Part shown: positions 1 to 14,519 of the stretch, one piece after another
Layout of the letters: every line of letters starts with the position of its first letter
How positions within the stretch are numbered: the first letter of the stretch is position 1
Assembly: GCA_040954595.2 (NCBI GenBank)
Contig: CM082580.2
Span: 4,082,783-4,146,782 of the forward strand
Direction: 5' to 3'
From: Balanoglossus misakiensis
Taxonomy: Eukaryota; Animalia; Hemichordata
DNA: 64,000 bases
Made by a program: the position numbers and the translations under genes
The notes under the pieces: generated by a model
The model's input: only the letters and a program-made list of their open reading frames with translations
Told to the model about the DNA's origin: nothing
Databases searched by the model: none

Positions 1-572
1 TGCATGCATAAAAAGCTTACAAGACAAATATAAAGTACAGTGTTCCATTGATATAAGGCTTTGCCATAATGTTGGAGGAATAGTAAACTGTAAACAGGCA
101 AAAAATTAATTTTGTTTAAATTGTTATTGCTATTAACATTAATGTAATCATTAATTTATAACTTTGCACTGATATAATATGTATATCCGTATATAATAGA
201 AAATAATATTTGATAAATAATTTTAAGTAAATGTTGTAGACGTTTTATCTTTGGATGTTACCATAGTAATTTGATGATGATGTCATAGCACTCACATACA
301 TAACCACCACATAATATGTGTCTTACAAGTATACATACCCCATCCCAATAACAAACCCTACCCTACCCCAGCACAGTTAACATTACTCAGGACTAACACA
401 TCACCGGGTTTTGGGAAAGACAAAAGTTGTTCATTCAGTTAAATATTTGTGGTATTCCCATTCGGGTTTGTTGATCGTTTTTCTAAAAAACAACTGCTGA
501 AATACAATTTCCATCAAGCTTTTACCAAAAGTGATTTATGAAATTTGATACTATTGTGATTTCACTTTTTAA

Positions 573-789
573 AGGGACAAAGTCTCTCTCTCGCTGCCCT
601 TATACAAGACACCGTTTATGTTATTCTACGTGTGGATATATAGTGAATCAGCGTTTGGTTCGACCACACACAACTTCCATCCAACTTGTAGACACGAGAG
701 TGAAAAACTCACCATATAAATGAATAATCGGTCTCTACCGTTTATTCATTTTGACGAGAAAATGGCAGCGAGAGAGGGACTTTGTCCCT
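573..789. mobile_element. Non-autonomous TIR element, family A (TTAA target site, Kolobok-like)
   Basis: TTAA|AGGGACAAAGTCTCTCTCTCGCTGCC ... GGCAGCGAGAGAGGGACTTTGTCCCT|TTAA. Related copies at ~2960-3200 and ~21600-21832 (partial) and 45545-45898 (complete). TTAA TSD with RR..YY ends fits Kolobok. Confidence 0.75.
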
Positions 790-1234
790 TTAATGGTAAT
801 AGCACTGTCGTAGAAAGTTGGAATCACCACATCTTGAATGTCTATAGAGTGGGGAAATCTGCACCATAGATTGTCTAACATCCTTACACAATACTCACCA
901 GTTACAACACAACATGAATTGTGACAAAGCTTTATCACAGAATGGTTTGCTGTTTTTTTCTTCTGATTTCACGAGTGGAGTGAGTTGGTGTGCTTCATCT
1001 ACCGAGTCTGCACTCACAAGTTCTGACTGAAATCCTCTCAAAAAAGTTCTCGCGATTCTTTTGTTGAACTTGTGTTGTGGACCCAGTAGCAAGTGTTCTG
1101 ACTAACCGTACACTTTACTCCTGATATCAGAATTCACAGACTGACACACTTCCACACAGATACAGCAATATTGCTAGAGAGAATCATCATCTAACCACAC
1201 ACGTCTCTGATTTTTGCTCCCGACCAAAATGTAG

Positions 1235-4200
1235 CGTGAGGCAAACCCCGCTGTTACTAGCAGCTAGCAGCGGTGCCCTTGACAGTGTTAAGGTTCTGAT
1301 TGAACTCGGAGCGCAGATCAAGAAACGGGATTTGGAGGGCAATAACATGATCCACTTGGCCGCTCTGAGATTCAACACCAATGTGCTGGAGTTCTTCATA
1401 GAGTGGAACCACCCTGATGTACCAGTGTGGAGAACTTTAGTAGGTGAGTCTGCAACACAGAGAATGTCCTCCCATACCAGCGCGAACCCCACTGCAGTTG
1501 CCACAACCTACTAGGATCTTCAGTTGCTGTCATGCCCAGTCTACGCTACAGTTAGCTGCTTCGCTCATTCTGAGAATTATCTAATTTCAGGAATTTGTGG
1601 ATAAATTGTAATGTTTATAAACAAACAAACGCGGCGCGACGACCTCTTCATGTTAATATCCTGAAGTCTGTTGCTTCATATTCGTAGCAGAGAAAGTGTT
1701 AACAATGATGACTTGTGGGTGATGTTTTGCATTGAGAGGTTTCGAACATCTTGACTTACATAGGCCAGCATATACTTTTTGAGTAGTCCCCACCTCAAAT
1801 TGATTGAGTGTTCCCACATGTGAGAATCATTGGTTCAGAAGTTTGAAATATTGTTTATCTTCGCAGAAATGATGACATCAAACGATCTGCACAAAATTGA
1901 CAGTGCGGTCAGATCACTAGAGATCCTCTCAACTTCCAAGGCTGGACACTGGAAAGCTATCCTTACTGCAGGTCAGTATGGCAGATGGCATGACAGTACA
2001 TGTACAATTGAACCAGATGCTCAACACAACCTTAGTACATACAATTTATGCCATGTGCAGCACAGTGCACTGTCATACAAAACAATACAATTCTTGACCG
2101 AGATACAGGACAGTACTTACAGGGTACTGCAGCACAGTTTTGCTTAGATACACTGAAAGCAGTGAAGTGTGATCTGGTAAACCATAGAATGGCATTGTAC
2201 ATGTTAGTAAACAAAGTGCTGGATAAAGAAGTTGATGAAATTACTCCAGAGAAAGGACAAATGACATTCGTAGCGTGAAGTGAACACCTCATAGCCAACC
2301 AACCATCAAAAAACAAACAAAAGCCATGACAACCTTTCAAAGAAACAAAGAAAATGTTTGGAGTTGTTTTCAAAAAGACATTTGAACTTTTGTGATTGTT
2401 GCAAATCCTTCATTTATGAAACGGAATTTCCAGTTTGAGATATCTGTAGCCTAGGTAAATTTACTTGCAAATCAATAAGTCAATTACTTTGCATGAGTAT
2501 TAACAGTTATTCAAAGTCATTAAAACGTCTGCGGACAAAATGCCATTCTCAAATCAATAACATCGATCAATGGATACCAAAGGTTCACACAAAGAATGTC
2601 TGTCCAAATATTTGATAGTCCAGTTAATGTGTTTGGCTCTTCCAGTATTGTTCACTTTACCGGAGGATAATATAGTGTCAGGGTAATAGAGAGGTCACTT
2701 CATTGTCAGAAAACTGCTTTTTTTGTTAGAAGTACTGCACATGATAATGGCTGAAGTCTTGGTGGTAGTACGATAGTATTGCTTAAGTGTTATGCTTTGT
2801 GGTTCAACACAAAACTGATTTAAAGGGCTTTTATCATATCTGTTTATGACCCTTTCATGCCCCAGTATTCTGGCTGCAGTGCTGATGGGGACTAGATTGA
2901 ACTGCGTAGCCACTTCAGTGTTTTGTCCGTGAGACCAGCCTTCTTCCTCTTATCCAGGATTTTCGCTGCATCCCGCTTGTAGACATGAGAGTGAAAAAAC
3001 TCGGCAAAATGAATAATTGGTCTCTGCCATTTATTCATTTTGGGCGAATTTTACTGTCATATCATACAAGTGGGATGGAAGTTTTGTGTCGTTGATCATT
3101 GATTCACTATATATCCACATGTACATTAACATAAACAGTGTCTTGTATCAAACACAATTGATGGGAAAAGGGCAGCGAGAGAGAGACTTTGTCCTTTAAA
3201 TTGAATGAAACTTTATAACAAACACATTTAACCCCTTTCACCACCAAGGTTCAGTCCAGACCCATTGTTTTCTATGGCTAGGTTGGACCTCTAAAGAGGG
3301 AACTGGGGGTGAAAGGGTTAATATCTGCCGGGTATCATATCTTCTCTGGTTCAAATGATGAATGGCAGTCGTACATGTATTGGCCATTCTTGTGAGGGAA
3401 AATCACAAGAAAAGCGTCAATTGTAGAAAGATCGCTGTCATCCATTTTCAACTTTGATAGGTCAGAGGTCAGAAAAAAAAACATGACATCTTGGTCGGCT
3501 TTTTTTCAGATTCAAGCAAGTGTGGACATGAACCAAATCTATTCCTCAAGCAGAAAAGTACGACATTGACAGCAGAGTCACCAAGTGGTTTTTTGTTGTA
3601 CAGATATCTATAGTCTAGTATCTAGCCGTATTTTGTCCGCTTTGCTGTAGTTTTGGAAGCAAAGTGGACAAAATGCGGCTAGATACTAGACAATCTGATT
3701 AAAATCAGATGTAAGGAACGGCAATGTCTTTTACTTACGTGGTACGGTTTTCTTATGCTGTCACCGTACCGTAAAAGTAAGTAAAAGACGTTGCTGTTCC
3801 TTACATCTGATTTTAATCAGATTGGATACTAGACTATTAAAGATATCCAGATGTTAAAGCCACTGTTTCAAGTTTTCTGTCACATATGAAATCACACGTT
3901 AAGTTTGAAATACAAAGTTTCTGTCACAGGTTAAGTTTGGAATACAATCTACATTTCTTTTGCAGGTGGAATCCCGGCCCTTGTGAATATTCTGAAACTA
4001 GAAAACGAAGAGCTGCAGTCGCTAGCTGCGTCGGTGCTTTGCAACATTTCGGAGAGAAAGGAAATTCGTCTGGCGTTGTCAGAGGCCAATGCCATCAAGA
4101 TCCTCATCCAGTTGTTAGGATCCCCACTGGACGACATCCAGTCGAGGGCGTCCATCATACTCTCCGATCTGGCCTGTGTGTTGGAGAACCAATCGGAGAT

Positions 4201-7200
4201 ATCCTCTCAAGGTGGCATTTCTCCGTTGATCAATCTCTTGGATTCCGAGCTGGAAGATGTCTTGGTCAATGCAGTCAATGCCATCCGTGTGATGTGCACC
4301 AATCATGATGGTAATCAGAGTCTGGTGGCTGACAATGGCGGTATCGAACCACTGATTGAATTCCTGACAGTCAATTCAGGTAAGATTATCATTGTCATGT
4401 AGAAAGTGGATTTTTTATTCTCTATATACACCAAACTAAGTATTGGCAAAAACAAATTACTAAATTTTGCATAATTTAGCTTCATCTAATATGCTTTTGA
4501 AATATTCCCAATTTTTTTAAGATTTCCTCTGTGAAAGTTCTACTAGAAAATTACAAACACTTGGCTTGCCATATCTGACTGTTTGTTCTTTATTCTGAAG
4601 AAACTTCCAAAAATGAACACTATTTGACATGCAAGCTGTAGTTTCATATTTAAGTCTAATTATAATTGGAAACAATAAGAAAGTACATTTTGTGTGTATA
4701 ATTTTTCACATGAATACAATGGCATTGAAAAGCAACAAAACCAGTTTTTCACAGTTTCAAAGATTGGTTATTTTTTGTTTGCCTTGATGTTCTGGTAATT
4801 GATGTTGTTTTGCTGTAAATACTAAAATGCTGTACATGCAGCTTTTAGTAGTTTGCAGAAGAAGAAAGTTTATTGCATGAAGGAAAATAACCAATTTAAT
4901 AGTAAAACATAACTTTGTATCTGTAGTTGGGAATGTAAATGCTTGAATTTAAATTTTTTCCCCGATTGTGTGAAAAATAATTACAAGTTTATTGGTAACC
5001 ATCTTCCTGTAGCTAAGACAGTGTATTTTAAATACTCCTCCTGACATTTGCCATTTAGGTATTAAAGGTGATGGTTTGTAATGTAGTTATGGTCATATAG
5101 CTGTCAATGTGAAAAAAATCTAATGGAACCTCTGGTAATCATTTGTTTAAATTGGGGAAAATATATATAAATGGTTTAAAGCCTCCAGATTTGCCAAATT
5201 TCACATATTTTATCCACAATAAAATATTTCCCTATCCTTTAGAATCCTCACCATTTTAAGCCATTTTACTTGTATTTGCATCAGTTTGTCATCTCTTGGC
5301 AAGTAACTTGTTTTGATGTACCAATCTAAGTTTTAAAAAAAGATCCAAAAAATATTATGCAAAAAGTGGCAGCTCTGAAGGCTTTAAGAACTATGGCAAT
5401 ATCCCTGCTGTGCCCCCCTCCCATTATGAGTGCATTGATTGATAGATTCCAAGGTGAATCCTGTTAAACTTAAATGCCCTTAACAATTATATACTTAATA
5501 CGTAATACAATCAAGACTGTCTTGTAAAGATTCGACCATCAAGCATGTGATAAGACAGTCTAGAAAAGAATAAATAATTTAAAATGCTTCTGAAAGGATT
5601 CTGTACCATAATACCATTAGTTTGTCAAAATAGGATATTATTGTGGGAGTGAATAATTGCCCCCAGCATATAGGCGCTAAAGTGCTTGCTTTAATATCTG
5701 GTGTCAACTAGATCATTTCACTTTTTGTATTTATTCTGAAATATGATTTTAAGTTACTAAATTAAACTCCTAACTTTTGAACTAATGTAATAGAAGAACG
5801 TTATTTTTAGGTCCCATTGGTATAGGCATATATACCATGGGACCTTATGGGATCGGTTGCGTCTGTATGTATGTATGGATGTATGTATGGATGTATGGAT
5901 GGATGTATGTCTGTATGTCCGTCCACATCAAAAACTTGAAAACCGCTGCGCGTATCACCTCAATATTTGGTGTGTAGGTGCAGGCTGGGCTGTAGATGGG
6001 AGTTTGTCCAAACGAAGTTGCCAGGCCCAAAAATATGCAAATTAGCTGGAAAAATGTGAAATTTATCAAAACTCTGAAAGTCAACAACTACTTGTCAGAT
6101 TGCTTTCAAAATTGGTATGCATGTACCTTATGTCAACCTCACATCGACCTGTAAGTGTTAAGTTAATATCATTGATGTTTTATTTTTTATGAATTTTTTA
6201 GTCTTTTTATTAAATGTATACCTTTACTTATACCTCTATGGTTAAGCTATGTCCACGTCTTATTGTGGAATTCTGGTCTGTGCAATAGTCCTGTACAGTG
6301 ACTGTCTATTGGTCAGTGAGCACAATGGGGCCAAAATAAAAGGCAAAATTTTGGGCTCACCTGTAACACCTGCTTAACACATTAATTATGTGCATACCTA
6401 ATTCCGGGCTAACTAATAGGGCTAGAGGTTTCGTTCTTGTGGGACATGGACCAGTATAGGGTCAAAATTTCTTGCCCAAATTTTGGGTGACCTCAGGTGA
6501 CCTTTGACCTACTTTCCTATATCTCGGCATCCAGAGCAGGTACAGACTTGGCGTTTGGAGGGTTGGGACTAAAATTGAAAAGCCAAAATATTGGTCACCT
6601 GTGACACCTGCATATCTCATTTATTATGTGCATATCTAATTCCAGGCTAACCAATAGGGCTATAGGTTTGGTTTTTGTTGAACATGGACCAGTATAGGGT
6701 CTAAATTTCTTGCCCAAATTTTGCATGACTTCAGGTGACCTTTGACCTACTTTACCATTTCTTGGCATCCAGAGCAGGTACAGACTTGGCGTTCGGAGGG
6801 TTGGGACTAAAATTGAAAAGCCAAAATTGGGGGGGTCACCTGTGACACCTGCATATCTCATTAATTATGTGCATACCTAATTCCAGGCTAACCAATAGGG
6901 CAATAGGTTTGGTTTTTGTTGAACATGGACCAGTATAAGGTCAAAATTTCTTGCCCAAATTTTGCATGACCTCAGGTGACCTTTGACCTACTTTACCATT
7001 TCTTGGCATCCAGAGCAGGTACAGACTTGGCGTTTGGAGGGTTGGGACTAAAATTGAAAAGCCAAAATTGGGGGTCACCTGTGACACCTGCATTTCTCAT
7101 TAATTATGTGCATACCTAATTCCAGGCTAACCAATATGGCTATAGGTTTGGTTTTTGTTGAACCTGGACCAGTATAGGGTCAAAATTTCTTGCCCAAATT

Positions 7201-10200
7201 TATGACCTCAGGTGACCTTTGACTTACTTTATCATATCTTGGCATCCAGAGCAGGTACAGACTTGGCGTTTGGAGGGTTGGGACTAAAATTGAAAAGCCA
7301 AAATTTGGGGTCATCTGTGACACCTGCATATCTCATTTATTATGTGCATACCTAATTCCAGGCTAACCAATAGGGCTATAGGTTTGGTTTTTGTTGAACA
7401 TGGACCAGTATAGGGTCAAAATTTCTTGCCCAAATTTTGCATAACCTCAGGTGACCTTTGACATACTTTTCCATATCTTGGCATCCAGAGCAGATATGCT
7501 TATTGCTATATTGCTATGTGCTATGTTGGCTTGGGCCCGATATTGCTGCTTGCAGATCTGCTTGCAATGTCACCTGTAATTTTTATTCTGGTGTGTCACT
7601 GTTTCCGCATAATCCTCAAATGGGACCACAGTGTCCTTGACGCTATTTTTTCATGTACGTTTTGGTTTGATTAATATTTTTACTTTTATTTTTTCACTCG
7701 ATACTTTTTTCATATGTTGCCTATGGATGGATGTTTACGTTTTTCCCTTTCATCCAACTAGATGCTGAAGATTATCCAGGTATATTGCTGTTGCCCCTGA
7801 TAACAACATTTCTCCCACTGCGTGTGACAGTTTTTCACAATTTGCTGTGAAGTTTGTTGGATGACACACCAAAGAATCTAACAAGTCTTTAGCATAAAAT
7901 TGATTCTAATATCATTATTGAAATCTCATGAAAGATGTAAAAGTGGGCGAGGTTTGGGTTGGTTTAGTGTGCAGGGACTTACAGCTTGTACTTCAAGCTT
8001 GGTGCAGTGATAACACATATACGTATTCTTCGATATCAACTGACGTCTGATGCGCTCAGGCGCAGTTACGTTGGCGTTCAAATTTCCAGTTGACGGGCAA
8101 CTTCAGCAAAGTGGTGCAGACAAAGACTGTGCAGACGAAATGCAATGAGGCTGATGAGGCACCATACCTGATACATGTTACGTGTCTGGCGGTTCTAAAG
8201 TAAAAACATACTCGGAAAAAACTTTTACTGGATGCCGAAATATTGCTTGCCCGTCATCTGGAAATGACTGCGCCATGGGACACATTGCCAGATCATGTGA
8301 TTGATAGTAAAGAATAGAAACTGAAATGATTATCATAATGATGCAAAATAGCCACCTTTTTCTTTTCTGATTGAGCCATAAGAACAGATATCTTTAAAAC
8401 CTGGTCATCAAGACAGTACAATAAATATGTGTGATTGAAGACCCTATCAAACTCTGTCTTAACATTTTTGATAAAACAAGGTTGATTACCTTGAAAACAG
8501 TTTGGTGTACAATTTTTGCTTTCTTGTCACTTTTCTGAAACTCTAACCCGAGGTTTGTTCTGTCTGTCTTCTAAGGCAACTTAACAATAGTTTTAATCAT
8601 ACTGTCACAATAACTATCATTTTTGAATTGGTTGTGAATTGTTGGATCATGGATCTTGCTAACTCATCATTACTCATGGGAGTGTTTTCATAAGTTCAAC
8701 ATCCATTCTAAACAGCTCGAGTGGAGGTAAGCTGAAGTTTTGTGTTTGTTTGTGTGTGTGAGGGTGCCCTAATTGACTCAAATATCTTGACTGTATTTCT
8801 GAGCGTTGTGATGTACTTTGTTGTTGCCACAGATATTCTACAGGCAGCCGCAGCATCTGGATTGGCTGCATTGTGTGCCGGACATCGCAAGAACCAGGAC
8901 AAGATTGTCATGTATGGGGCTGTCAAACCACTGGTCGATCTCTTGAAATGTCGCAATGTGACAGTGCAAGTGAAAGCTGCCAGTGCGTTAGAAGCCTTGG
9001 CAGAGAACAACCCAGGCAGTCAAGCTGCCATATTACAACTCAATGCTCCGAAACCATTGATCAAATTACTCAAGGTATTAAAGAGTTATTTTTCTCACAC
9101 TCCTGGCATGCTGAGAGTGTGGGATCAGAGTATGAGAACAAATCGATCCCATACTCTCACAGAATCAAAAGCTGTATATGATGCGAGCACTGATTGGATG
9201 ACAAAGCGTTCTTTAATTAAGACGCGCTTAAGTGTTATCCAATGGCGCGATGTGTATTACACGGGCAGACACTACAACATGCCAGACGTCAGTTCCAGAG
9301 TCAAATATTCAACGTTTCCAATACGATCAGGGATATTTTGTCTCACACTCGCCTGCGGCTTGTGTGGGACAAGAATTTTCCAACTCGTATGAGAAATATC
9401 CCAGGTCCTTGGGAGTGTGAGATTCTATTATTCTTATTTTTGCTTGTTACAACAAAAACCTCCTACATTGCAGACACACCAGGCAAATTGTAGTCGAGAC
9501 ATGTACTGGGGTGTAATCAGACATTGACTTTTGTTGATCTGTAGGTATGGACCCAGGAGGTCAAAGAGCAGGGAGCGTGCACACTGTGGGCACTAGCAGG
9601 ACACACCACGCGACAACAGAAGATGATTGCAGAGAGAATTGGTATCAATCAATTGATTGATATGCTACTGTTGATGAAATCGGAAAAATTACAGTATGTT
9701 GGTGAGTTGTGTTTCACTGAATAGAGTGCAGCAGAAGGTTACACACACAGTGTCAGGATTTAAAGATTGTCTGAGTGTCTGTGGTGTTGTGTTGTGTTGT
9801 GTTCGTATGAGGCCTGCCCTCATAGGTTACAACATTCATGCATCCGACTTGACAAATGGAATTGACCAATCAGAAACAACCCTTGGCAGCTGCGCACAAT
9901 TACACATCAAAAAATTGTGTCAAACATTGTCAGTTTTCAAAATTGAGAATGTATCGGTGGATAACATATTTTTGTTGCCATGGAGCTTCAGATTTGTCGC
10001 CTTTCTGGTATAGCAAACAAAAGCCCGGCATTTTGTGGAGATTTCCTTTGTATTACTGGTTTAGCTTCAGTTTGCATAATGAGCATGCTTTCCGGCTTTT
10101 AATCTCCTGTAAGTATCCAATACCAGGGCAGCTTTAAACCAGATTAGTGGCTTTATTGTAGAGGGGGCTACTGATATCAGGACAGTATTATATTATTCGT

Positions 10201-13200
10201 AGGTTTTTGTGGACAAGTCCTGTATTAAAGTGTGTAGAAGTGTGCCCTCTAACAAACATAAAATTTAATTGAGTCAATTTGAGAATTTCTTAAAATTTCT
10301 GAGTCAGCCCAATACCTTTGCATGTAGTGTAGATAATTTTCTTGGGTCACCTGTGAGTTTGTTGAGTCAGTGGCGCATCATATGGGCTTTAGAGGGCGCA
10401 CTGATGTGTAGTGAATCAAACTCTATAACCTGTATGACTAGAGTTACATGCCAGCTATCACAAAGTCAGTTTTATGCGAAGAAATCACACATAGAAGAGA
10501 TTCTCTCACTATTCGTGCCATGAATTCTTGTATTTTGATGAGTGTTCTGTTTTTGCATCCTCCTAGGTGGTATGGCAATGATTGCACTGTGCAGAACCAA
10601 CATTGAGAATCAGATCAGAATCAAGGAAGAGAATGGTATCCTTCCAATAATACGCGTGTTGAGATCTCACAAGACGTCAGAGAGAGTCTTACTCACAGTC
10701 ATCAGATGTCTTGGAACTCTCTGTGTTGGTAAGTACATGAAGTACAATGTACTGGATATCAAAAGAGGCAACTGTTACTCGACTATTAATTTTTGCGTTG
10801 TGGTATTTCACTGCATCGTTATCTCTGAAAAACATTTTTACGCAACTTTTTTTATTTTTCGCGTTTTTTTGCTCTTGCGTAGTTCGCGGAAATTTATCGT
10901 TCGCGAAAATTTCCCGTTTTACAGAATGCCTTGATAAGTGACACCATGTGTTGGTAATCAGCCAAGTGGTCATTTTGTTATGAAATTTCATATACATGTA
11001 TTACAATTGCTCAGAGATTTTGTTCTCGAGGATGTTTTTTTTCACCAGCAATGCTTGAAACCTGATAAGCTGATATAATTATTCTTTTCTGATTTAGGTG
11101 TAGCTCACCGTTCCAACAAAGTGACACAGGACAAGATAGCTGAGGAGAACGCGATCTCTACACTGGTGCAGTTACTGGTAACTACAGACAATGAAATGGT
11201 GAAAGTCGAGGTGGCCATTACGCTGGCGTGTATTATACTCTGCAACAAAGAAAACCAAACTATCCTGGCTGAGGAACCGTCCTTTAGTTTTGCGGTTCTG
11301 CTGCAGTTGTTCAAATCGAAGGATGAGGTCAGTGTGAATTTCTCTGTATTCTTTCCAAGTTTAGGATGATATTATTCAGCAATGTGCATAATAGTTTCAT
11401 TTGTTCACTTGCGATAAGTTACAGCTAGTAACCTTTAATTCAGGATTGTAAATATTGGTTTATGAGACTGGAAGAAAGATGTACATGTATAAAAAATGTT
11501 TTTTAAATCATCTTAAAGTGAAGGGGTCGTCGCACCACGTTTGTTTGTTTATAAACATTACAATTCATCCACAAATCCCTGAAATTAGATCATTCTTAGA
11601 ATGAACGAAGCAGCCAACATCAGCATAGACTAGGCATGACAGCAACTGAAGATCCTAGTAGGTCGTGGCGACTGCAGTGGGGTTTGCTCTGGTATGGGAG
11701 GACATATTCTCATCAGGGGGGACACCCATGTGGCGCAACAACCCCTTCCCTTTAAAATACTTACAGTGTCTGCGAATAACATCAAGGGAAGTAAATGCAC
11801 TTGTCTATCATACTGATTTGAAACCTGTCTTTCAGATTGTACGACTGAAAGCTGGCACTGCATTGGCAACCTTTGCATTCAACAACACATCACAGCAGTA
11901 CTGCATCCGAGAGGCTGGTGGTATTCGTATGTCAGCATTTGAACCCTTCCTCAATTCGGAGATTGAGTCTTATCAAGCTAATACTGCTTTCCAGGTGAGG
12001 TTCTTTGTCAGGTGTATCAAGATTCAACAAATAGTGTACTGTAAAATAGGAAATTTTCGTGAAAGATAAATTTTCGCAATCTACGGGAGAGCCAGAAAAA
12101 CACAAAAAAATAGAATCCCGTAAAAAACATTTTTCAGAGATACTGATGCAGTGAAATACAATAACAAATAAATTGTTGTGTAACATACAGTTGCCTCTTT
12201 TAATATCGTGAAAATTTCCTGTCATGAACATTTCCTGTTCTACAGTATAAGGTACATGAATATTTGGGATAGAAACATCTAGGTACCTAAAAAAATTTTT
12301 TAAGGTAGTGTATGCACTTTAAGGACAGTTAATATCAGAAAAGTGATAGTACGTTGTACTCCAAACCATTTTATTCTTTGCTAAAATAAGTGTATGGGAA
12401 GTCTTTTTGAAAACAAAGGAGACAAGGTGTTCACTATCTCACTATTCATGGTACTTGACTGTTTGATAGAAAGCAGCTGAAGAACCCAGTCTTCTAAAAC
12501 TGCAGAATTTTTGAACCATTTTTTCCCCAGATTGTTGTCTTGGCACGAGTTATTGTCGACCGAGATCAGGTGACGTTATCCGCAGAGGGTGTGACTAGGC
12601 TGGTTATGTTGCTACAGTCACAGGATGAAAACACTGTCATACTTGCAGGTAAAGTGTGATGAACTTTTTTTTAGTTCACATCAAAATAACTGTACTTTGG
12701 AATCAATTTAACATTTAAAACATGTTATCAAAGGATTTTATTAGATGGCAGGTGGTAGCAAAATTTTGAATTAAGTAATTGTCATCTGATATACTTGATT
12801 TTAAATCATTTGTTTGGTGCCGTTATTCACTGGTTACATGACAGCAGTCAATCAGTAGAATGCAATTTGAGTTATATTTGGGAATTGTCTTGTGTGCTTG
12901 GGGATGTATTGATACCCGCGTCTTGGAGTCTCATTAGTTTTCGTTTGTCCAACTTTGCAGGGCGACTAATGTCCAGTCTCGCTCACACCAGAGCCGGTAT
13001 TCCAGACGCCATGGTCACAACAGGAGCGGTCGAGGTTCTGCTGAAACACTTGGAGTGTGACAATGAGACGGTGCAGTCGGCCGCAGCTGTAGCCCTGGGC
13101 TATCTCTCATTCAACCGCACTGCAGCTCGACTCATGTTGCAGGCGTGTCGGGCACAGCCACAGCTCTATCAGCTGCTCATCGAGAGTCTGGAGTCGGACG

Positions 13201-14519
13201 CCAAGATCTGTAAAGACTTCACGGAAAATTTCAGAAGGCAGAAAATTATTGGTTTGCCATCACGAAGGTCAGTTGTGTCAAGCTCATGTCTGACTTGGTC
13301 TAAATGTAATTGTGGTGATTCCTTACACTTGACAGGTCAACCAGAAAAAAAAAACCTGCATGGTTCCAATAGCATATCCCACCCTAATTTTCATCAGCCT
13401 AGTTTATGTGAGAATTGGAACAATTGCAAAATCACACTTGATCTAGTGAGTGAGATGTATAGTAATGATACTGTCATCTTTGATACCTGGTTTCATGAAG
13501 GAAAATAATGATCACTGCAACAGTGTAATAAGTTTTTTTTGACAAATTGTAAAAATTTTAAACTGGGGTTGCCAATCACTGGGGTTCTTCTCATTGATTT
13601 ATTTAAATAATGACAAAATTAACAAAATCTAATAGACCTGGTAAATCTGGTTTGTCTTTGAAAGTTTATCATTTGTGACCAAATATGCCAGTGCCAATTA
13701 TTTCAATGTAGTTTTGTTCTATTATTCTAATATATCTGCAATGTTTTACTGCTTCTTAACTGTACACTTTTATGTTTCTAAATGTTTCAGTCTTGAAATT
13801 AACGGTGGTCCACCTGTCATCCCACCCAAACCAGAACGTGGATTCTCAAGATGTGAGTAAACACTTATTATTGCATATGTCTTGTTTCACATGCCGATGT
13901 TATTCTATGGGCTTTCATTCTAATACACCTACGTGTATAATGACTACTAGAAATACTGTAAAACACTTAATTTTCGCGAGCAATAAATTTTCGCGAAATA
14001 CGCGAAAGGCAAAATAGCGTGAAGACTAAAAGTTGCGTAATTTTTTTTTTAAGATAACGATGCAGTGAATGAAATCAGAGCACGCGAAAATTAATACTCG
14101 CGAAACAGTGGCCTCTCTCGATATGGTGAAAATTTCAACTCGCGAAAACAAAGTGTTTTACAGTACATGTAAATGAAAGTCGTCATGGGAGAGTAGTCTG
14201 AGGGTCAGCAAAATGAACTTGGCCTGCTGTGTGTAATCAGGGAAACCATTTTGATAGTTGTTCTGTTTGTTCCCTTGCAGTGGGTAGACGTCCCAAGACG
14301 TCCATGAGTGTCCAGGAGCACGGCATCAGAAGGGAAGAAGTGAACAGAGCGCAGTCAGCTCCGGCCATCAGCCAGACGCTGCGCGCCCTCACCGTCAAAT
14401 CCATCCTGGAGAAACACAGCAGCAAGTACGCGCACCAGAGCAGCACGCCGGCTCTCAACACGGACGGCAAAAAAGTGATCCACAGAAAATCAGCGGCGGC
14501 TAAACAGTCGTGGAGCTGA
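1235..14519 (+). CDS. ANKAR: Ankyrin and armadillo repeat-containing protein, 5'-partial. Exons 1235-1443, 1867-1971, 3966-4379, 8833-9074, 9545-9701, 10567-10728, 11098-11327, 11836-11994, 12531-12648, 12961-13267, 13791-13852, 14281-14519
   Basis: Ankyrin repeats (QTPLLLAASSGALDSVKVLIELGA; NNMIHLAA) followed by many ARM repeats (GGIPALVNIL, GGISPLINLL, GAVKPLVDLL). GT-AG introns, reading frame continuous to TGA at 14517-14519. Confidence 0.88.
1447..1645 (-). mobile_element. Partial reverse copy of family B element in an ANKAR intron
   Basis: Reverse complement of the 11517-11751 repeat (shared GATCCTAGTAGG..GCAGTGGGGTT..GCTGGTATGGGAGGACA). Confidence 0.65.
3232..3317. mobile_element. Small piggyBac-like MITE
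   Basis: TTAA|CCCCTTTCACC...GGTGAAAGGG|TTAA. Partial related copy at ~16360-16445. Another TTAA|CCC..GGG|TTAA element at ~49345-49625. Confidence 0.6.
3611..3836. repeat. Compound palindromic (foldback) element with TAGTCT...AGACTA ends
   Basis: Two adjacent hairpins: 3611-3691 (TAGTATCTAGCCG/CGGCTAGATACTA) and 3692-3824 (AATCTGATTAAAATCAGATGTAAGGAAC / GTTCCTTACATCTGATTTTAATCAGATT). Confidence 0.7.
5809..7645 (+). mobile_element. Helentron-associated non-autonomous element (HINE/DINE-1-like) carrying a central tandem array
   Basis: T-run insertion site; 5' subTIR AGGTCCCAT (5809) with nearby inverted copy ATGGGACCT (5837); (GTAT/GGAT)n microsatellite; ~240-bp tandem repeats; 3' subTIR ATGGGACC (7620) plus hairpin AGTGTC-CTT-GACGCT, then a T-run. 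Confidence 0.7.
6340..7495. repeat. Tandem array of about 5 units, period ~240 bp
   Basis: CA(C/T)CTGT(A/G)ACACCTGC recurs at ~6358, 6596, 6837, 7076 and 7312; units are highly similar. Confidence 0.9.
9095..9423. repeat. Interspersed hairpin-forming repeat
   Basis: TCTCACACTCC ... GGAGTGTGAGA terminal inverted match; its 3' half recurs at ~45220-45312. Confidence 0.55.
11517..11751 (+). mobile_element. Non-autonomous TIR element, family B (TTAA TSD, Kolobok-like)
   Basis: TTAA|AGTGAAGGGGTCGTCGC ... GCAACAACCCCTTCCCT|TTAA. Other copies at ~1447-1645 (reverse) and ~50780-50961. Confidence 0.7.
13956..14163. mobile_element. MITE family C (TA-flanked, Tc1/mariner-like)
   Basis: TA|CTGTAAAACACTT ... 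AAGTGTTTTACAG|TA. Related copies at ~10750-10924, 12039-12245 and 41261-41469. Confidence 0.7.

Noticed and set aside
6340-7495. Regular repeats as a possible CRISPR-like array (also 43591-43662)
   Set aside because: Units are contiguous with no unique spacers, there are no cas genes, and the context is eukaryotic.
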